A DNA stretch of 64,000 nucleotides, from the IMG/VR virus record IMGVR_UViG_3300034073_002585, positions 32,001-96,000 of that record. One strand, 5' to 3'. Under the pieces are notes generated by a model that did not search any database, had not been told where the DNA came from, and worked only from the letters and a program-made list of their open reading frames with translations. The translations under genes were made by a program, and so were the position numbers. Below, piece by piece: positions 59,155 to 64,000 of the stretch (positions within the stretch are counted from its first letter, which is position 1; every line of letters begins with the position of its first letter). Source of the DNA: a virus.

Positions 59155-59456
59155 TGGCTGATGAAGAAAACAGAGAAATGGAAGAGAGAGCCATAGAATA
59201 CTCTCGACTATTTGCTAGAGCAATGGGGCAGGCTACAGATTCTGATTATTTCAGTAGTGACGGTAAGTCATGGGATGAAGCTGCAGATTGGATAAAAGAC
59301 AATAATTATGTGCCCAAATCTCGTGAGTTCCGAAAACTAATTATCGATGAGATTTACCAGATATTAGAGACTAAACCCCTCCCACCTAAAGAGAGCTTCT
59401 CTGGGGAGCTACAAAAGTTCTTGGATAGATATGAAGAAAGGCGTAAAAATGGATAA
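59154..59456 (+). CDS. small acidic protein (candidate immunity protein)
   Basis: TAATG-coupled to the toxin-like frame. Confidence 0.6.
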   Translation: MADEENREMEERAIEYSRLFARAMGQATDSDYFSSDGKSWDEAADWIKDNNYVPKSREFRKLIIDEIYQILETKPLPPKESFSGELQKFLDRYEERRKNG

Positions 59457-59637
59457 ACCAAAACGCGACTTCAACACCAAAGTAACTTACTACCTAGAAG
59501 ACTTTTCTGGCAAAAAAGCACCAAAAGAGGTAGTGGTTGACTTATCTGAACTACCGAACGAAGAGCTAGACCAGCTCCTATTCCACGTACCAGAGGCAAC
59601 ATCTGAAATCGTATATCGTGAATTATACGGTCAATAG
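59449..59637 (+). CDS. small hypothetical protein
   Basis: GAAAGG RBS before ATG 59449. Confidence 0.55.
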   Translation: MDKPKRDFNTKVTYYLEDFSGKKAPKEVVVDLSELPNEELDQLLFHVPEATSEIVYRELYGQ

Positions 59638-59714
59638 AATAAGAACACAAAAAATCAGTGTAAAATAGACAGTAGCCAAACACTGGTCTATTTTCCGCGG
59701 TTAGAGAGTTATAA

Positions 59715-60086
59715 ATGGCAAAAAGCAGCATCGTAGATGTCTGGTTCTATGTAGACCCACAATCAGAGAGTATTGACTCGGTTGTTTGCTGGTTCCCTAT
59801 GGGCATGTCTGTCCGCGAAGGCGGAGACTGGGAAATTTCAAGCAAAGAGGAAGCTGGAATCAACGACAAGCTTTCTAAGCATGATGTCTATCAATTGGAC
59901 TGGGATACAGACCCTCTAGTAATTGATGATTCTTACGATTTCGACGACCCAGAGAACGAACACGCTGCTATAAAAATGTACGACAAGGGAGAGCTTACCT
60001 TGGAAAGTTTGATGGAGTACTCAGAAAAAATTATGAGTGCACCAGAGGACGCCTCTGAATACGACGACTTGGAAGTCGAGGACTAA
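59715..60086 (+). CDS. acidic hypothetical protein
   Basis: ORF, 123 aa; TAAAAT promoter-like box upstream. Confidence 0.7.
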   Translation: MAKSSIVDVWFYVDPQSESIDSVVCWFPMGMSVREGGDWEISSKEEAGINDKLSKHDVYQLDWDTDPLVIDDSYDFDDPENEHAAIKMYDKGELTLESLMEYSEKIMSAPEDASEYDDLEVED

Positions 60087-60087
60087 A

Positions 60088-63000
60088 TTGCTCAAGTTTG
60101 TTGGCGCTACTGACGAACTGGCTTTTTTTGAAAAAGATGGCCAGTATGCTGCTATTTACATTGACACTAATTTAATTGCTGATTTTTCAGAGTACGAAAT
60201 AGCAGACCACCTGCAGAAGCTTCCATCTACTCCATCAACTAAGGTTTTCTCTAACTCAGCTATAGAGCTAGTATCTGCCGCACTAACCTCATTAGACCCA
60301 GTTGTAGCTTCAGGAGACAGGATGTATACAATTCCTGAGGGTGCTACTTCTGAAGCTAAAAAAGCACTAGAGTGGCGTAAAGAGCACAAGCGTGGTGGTA
60401 CCCCTGTTGGTATGAATACTGCTCGTACTCTTGCTAAAGGCGGGCAGATTGGCATCAAGAAGGTTCGCCATATCGCAAAGTATTTCCCTCGTCACGAAGT
60501 TGACAAGAAGGGCAAAGGCTGGGCACCTGGAGAAGACAACTTCCCATCAAACGGCCGCATTGCCTGGGCGCTTTGGGGCGGCGATGCTGCATGGCGCTGG
60601 GCTCGTGCAATCGTAGAGCGCGAAGATAGAAAAGCAAAGACTGCTAGTGGATATGCATTCTCCAATTATGAAGAAGATTTAGACACATACGGCTACACCG
60701 ACGGTTATGGTTCTGATTTAGATGCTTTTAAAGCAGCTCATTACATGGACGAAAACGCTGGCCCCGAATTTATGGCACGCGTCAGGACCGATGGCTCTGG
60801 AATTGACAGACTATATAAAATTGAAATAGACGGAAGTGTATTTGTCTGGGATGACTGCGGATGGGATAACCTAGGTCACGTAGATGGAGATGTTTATTTT
60901 TACGACCGAGAATTGGATGACGAGCTCGATTTAGTTGATGTAGAGCACGTAATGATTGACCCGTCGTCTGCGGTTATCGTTTCTGCATTCCTGCAAGAAC
61001 GCCCTTTCCAGCCAGTAAAACTAGATGAGATTGACCCAGAAGAGACAGCTATTATGGCTGAAGGTCTTTATGAAGAAGACTTCACCATGATTGACAGGGT
61101 AATTACTGCAGCAGGTGAAACTCCTATTAGCGGTAAGACTTCTAAGGCAGACCAGGATGGCGACGGAAAACTAGATACCCAGTTTTTGTCTGACAAGGCC
61201 AAATCACAGCCTAGAGATAAAGACGGTCTTTTTGTCAGCGTTGGCTCTCGCACTGTCGTGGGTGGAGACAAAGAGCGTGGTTCTGGAGAGATTACCCGTA
61301 TTGATTATGACCGAAATCGGGTTGTTGTTAGACTAGACAATGGTAAAACCATTTCTGTTGACCCTAAGTACACTCAGGCTGAAGACAAATTTGATGGCCC
61401 TATGCAGATGCCTAGCGCTGTCCCTCCTGTAGATTTTTCAGGAATTTTAGGAGAGCCAAGAAGTCCTAGGGGTGCTATAGCAACTCTTCCTGGAACAATG
61501 GCACCTCTAACCGCTAAAGACGTTCAACTTCTTTTAAACGACTACCCTAAATATGTCCAAAAGATGCGTGACTCCTACAAGCTCTATGAGGACAACCCTA
61601 AGGGTCTTAGGGATTATGACAAGAAGTATATGGAAAAGCGGTATGGACTTAAGGCTGCTGGAGAGAAAGAGTCTGATGCAATCAACTCTCCTAAAGAGTC
61701 TGACGTACCAGCTAAGTACCTAGCTATCGTTTCCCCAGAAGACAAGACCGCAGTTATGGACGTTGTCGCCATTGTGCCAGCGTCCAAGACATCTACCGAA
61801 CCTACTATTTACGAGCGTCGCGAAGGTAAGTGGACTAAGAATGACCAGATTCTAAATGACCTTAAGTCTTCTACCCCTCCTCCAGTAATTCCTCTAGACG
61901 AGAAGGAAGTTCTAAACGACGTCCTTAAGCAAGCAGACGAGGCTACAATGCAGGCCTCGGCTTACGACTTTAATCAGTTCTGGTACGGCGTAGTCGAGCC
62001 GCTACTAGCTAAAGGTGGAGTAGACCGTAACCGAGGAAATGCAGAAAAGCTTCGTCGTTATTGGACTCGTGGTAAGGGTGCTCTCAAGATTCGCTGGGGA
62101 ACCCCTGGCGACTGGACCCGTTGTGTCCGACTACTGTCTAAGTACATGGGCCCACGTGCAAAGGGCTACTGCCAGCTTCGCCACAAGGAAGTTACTGGTG
62201 TCTACACTGGTAGCAAATACAACGTAGGCAAGAAGAGAGGCCGTAAAGCTTCTGGTTACCTATTTGCAACTGAGGCAGAGTTTGAAAAAGCAATGATTTC
62301 TAAGTCAGAACTTATTGCTAAGGCTCAGGATGCTAGAGAAAAAATTAGCTTAATTGCGTCGGCTGCTGGTCAAGGCTCTAAGTTCTTAATTCCTATGCTT
62401 GTACCAGAAGAAGTGGAATCTGGAGACGGACGCAAGTTTAAGTCTGGTGCAATTAGTGTTCGCGATTTACCAGTTCCTCTACTATGGCAGATTAAAACTG
62501 GTGCAGGCCACGACGGCTCTGTTGTAGTTGGTCGCATTGACTACATCGAGCGCGTTGAGGGTGGTATGGGTAATGCATACGGTGTCTTTGACAACGGACC
62601 ATATGGCCGTGAAGCAGAGCGTCTAGTTCGTCATGGCTTCCTACGCGGCGTTTCTGTAGACCTCGACCAGTTCGAGGCAAAAGAGGAAAAGAAGCCAAAA
62701 GAAGAAATGTCCGAGGAAGATGGCGATTCGATTGGTAAGGATAAACTTACCATAAATAAGGCCAGAATAATGGCTGCTACAATTGTAGCTAAGCCAGCAT
62801 TCCAAGAATGCTCTATTGAATTGCAAAACGAGGGGGACCAGGAGGAAACCGTGACCCCAGAAGACGGCGTTTACGAGGAGTCGATGGAAGACTTCGCTGA
62901 CCTCGAACCTATCGCAGCCTCTGGCTTCTTGAAGCAGGAAGTCCCAATGACTCCTCCTTCAGATTGGTTCAAGCACCCAGGCCTGACTAAGCCAACCCCG

Positions 63001-64000
63001 CTCACTGTGGACGAGAATGGTCGTATTTACGGCCACATTGCAGCATGGAATGTAAACCACATCGGTTTGCCTCGTGCAACCAAGCCGCCACGTTCTCGCA
63101 GCAAGTACGCCTACTTCCACACTGGTGTTCTCCGTTGCGACGACGGTACTGATGTTCCAGTTGGTCAGCTAACTCTTGCTGGAGGACACGCTCCTCTAAA
63201 TGCAGATGCAGCTTCGGCCGCTAAGCACTACGATGACACCGCTTCCGCTGTTGCAGATATTCACTGTGGTGAAGACGAGTACGGTATATGGTGTGCAGGT
63301 TCAATCCGCCCTGGGCTAGATGAAATGCAGATTCGCGCACTTCGTGCTTCTGCTCCTTCTGGAGACTGGCGACCTATTAACGGCTCACTCGAGCTTGTTG
63401 CTATCTGCCAGGTTAACGTTCCTGGATTCCCGACTGCTCGTGCAATGATTGCATCTGGCAAGGTTTTGGCTCTGGTTGCTGCTGGAGCAAGCTACATGGC
63501 CGCTATGAAGTGTTCTGGGGCTGCATGCTCTCTCAACACCAAGGCAGAACTGCTAGGACAGCTTGCCGCAAGTGCACCAGACCTAAAGGGCCGTGTCAGG
63601 GAAGCAAAGAAGGCGCTACGTGCTGCCAACTTGCAGGCTATAACTGCAAGTGCAGCAGAGTTCCGCGAGAAGGCTCTAGTTGCAGCTGCTGTAGCTGAGC
63701 TTGCCAAGATTTCTGAAGATGAGCGCATGGAGCTTGCCAAAGAAGGTAAGGCAATGCCAGATGGGGCTTACCCAATTCGTAATGTGGAAGACCTTAAGAA
63801 TGCTATTCAGGCTTATGGTCGCGCAAAGGCTTCAGAGCGACGTGCAGTTCGCAAGCACATTATGAATCAGGCTCGTAAGCTCAAGCAATGGGCTTTAGTG
63901 CCAGAGCACTGGAAGAATGCTGATTCTATGGAAGCAGCTCAGCGGGTTGCATCCATGCGTGCAGCAATTACTGCCGCCGCTAACAAAGACTGCGGCTGCG
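60088..64000 (+). CDS. multidomain capsid maturation protease (truncated by window end, absent from ORF track)
   Basis: Manual translation from TTG 60088: RIAWALWGGD, QPRDKDGLF, IRWGTPGDWTRC, protease-like ESGDGRKF...LLWQ...GHDGSVVVGRID...GVSVD, GRIYGHIAAW, AMPDGAYPI. Confidence 0.8.
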   Translation, partial: MLKFVGATDELAFFEKDGQYAAIYIDTNLIADFSEYEIADHLQKLPSTPSTKVFSNSAIELVSAALTSLDPVVASGDRMYTIPEGATSEAKKALEWRKEHKRGGTPVGMNTARTLAKGGQIGIKKVRHIAKYFPRHEVDKKGKGWAPGEDNFPSNGRIAWALWGGDAAWRWARAIVEREDRKAKTASGYAFSNYEEDLDTYGYTDGYGSDLDAFKAAHYMDENAGPEFMARVRTDGSGIDRLYKIEIDGSVFVWDDCGWDNLGHVDGDVYFYDRELDDELDLVDVEHVMIDPSSAVIVSAFLQERPFQPVKLDEIDPEETAIMAEGLYEEDFTMIDRVITAAGETPISGKTSKADQDGDGKLDTQFLSDKAKSQPRDKDGLFVSVGSRTVVGGDKERGSGEITRIDYDRNRVVVRLDNGKTISVDPKYTQAEDKFDGPMQMPSAVPPVDFSGILGEPRSPRGAIATLPGTMAPLTAKDVQLLLNDYPKYVQKMRDSYKLYEDNPKGLRDYDKKYMEKRYGLKAAGEKESDAINSPKESDVPAKYLAIVSPEDKTAVMDVVAIVPASKTSTEPTIYERREGKWTKNDQILNDLKSSTPPPVIPLDEKEVLNDVLKQADEATMQASAYDFNQFWYGVVEPLLAKGGVDRNRGNAEKLRRYWTRGKGALKIRWGTPGDWTRCVRLLSKYMGPRAKGYCQLRHKEVTGVYTGSKYNVGKKRGRKASGYLFATEAEFEKAMISKSELIAKAQDAREKISLIASAAGQGSKFLIPMLVPEEVESGDGRKFKSGAISVRDLPVPLLWQIKTGAGHDGSVVVGRIDYIERVEGGMGNAYGVFDNGPYGREAERLVRHGFLRGVSVDLDQFEAKEEKKPKEEMSEEDGDSIGKDKLTINKARIMAATIVAKPAFQECSIELQNEGDQEETVTPEDGVYEESMEDFADLEPIAASGFLKQEVPMTPPSDWFKHPGLTKPTPLTVDENGRIYGHIAAWNVNHIGLPRATKPPRSRSKYAYFHTGVLRCDDGTDVPVGQLTLAGGHAPLNADAASAAKHYDDTASAVADIHCGEDEYGIWCAGSIRPGLDEMQIRALRASAPSGDWRPINGSLELVAICQVNVPGFPTARAMIASGKVLALVAAGASYMAAMKCSGAACSLNTKAELLGQLAASAPDLKGRVREAKKALRAANLQAITASAAEFREKALVAAAVAELAKISEDERMELAKEGKAMPDGAYPIRNVEDLKNAIQAYGRAKASERRAVRKHIMNQARKLKQWALVPEHWKNADSMEAAQRVASMRAAITAAANKDCGC

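Noticed and set aside
60156-63740. Short ORFs listed in the last 4 kb
   Set aside because: They are shadows of the long + strand ORF from 60088 that runs off the window

Overview
This window is a 64 kb segment of a large tailed-phage genome, most likely infecting a low-GC freshwater actinobacterium (inferred from leaderless genes, a ClgR-like regulator and actinophage-type portal/protease). No integrase, IS element or CRISPR array was seen. Layout: (i) 1-27 kb holds middle/accessory genes: ThyX, several 2OG-Fe(II)/cupin oxygenases, an M23 endolysin, a macrodomain, a thermonuclease, a large Pro/Thr-rich surface protein, a putative TerS, a CHAP amidase and TipAS. (ii) 27.3-40.6 kb is an early-type region of short units built as terminator - invariant 16-mer TGTATTTATTTTTTGT - promoter - AAAGGGG RBS - ORF, including a MoxR-type AAA+/VWA pair. 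(iii) 41-47.5 kb holds HTH proteins, NlpC/P60, catalase-peroxidase KatG, heme oxygenase and tRNA-Asn. (iv) 47.5-64 kb is the head module: TerL, a GT60-like glycosyltransferase, portal, Dps, a giant head-associated protein and a capsid maturation protease truncated by the window end. Best hunt results: a probable -1 frameshift appending a metallopeptidase plus ADP-ribosyltransferase-like extension to a head protein; a mini-gene array joined by an identical 22-bp RBS/stop/start repeat; 16 exact copies of the early-region 16-mer; hairpins and a small RNA exposing anti-Shine-Dalgarno loops; a covarying pseudoknot repeated three times; an about 8 kb AGCT-free zone; and a phage-borne KatG/heme oxygenase/Dps set. 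All functional calls come from motif recognition by eye, with no database searches.
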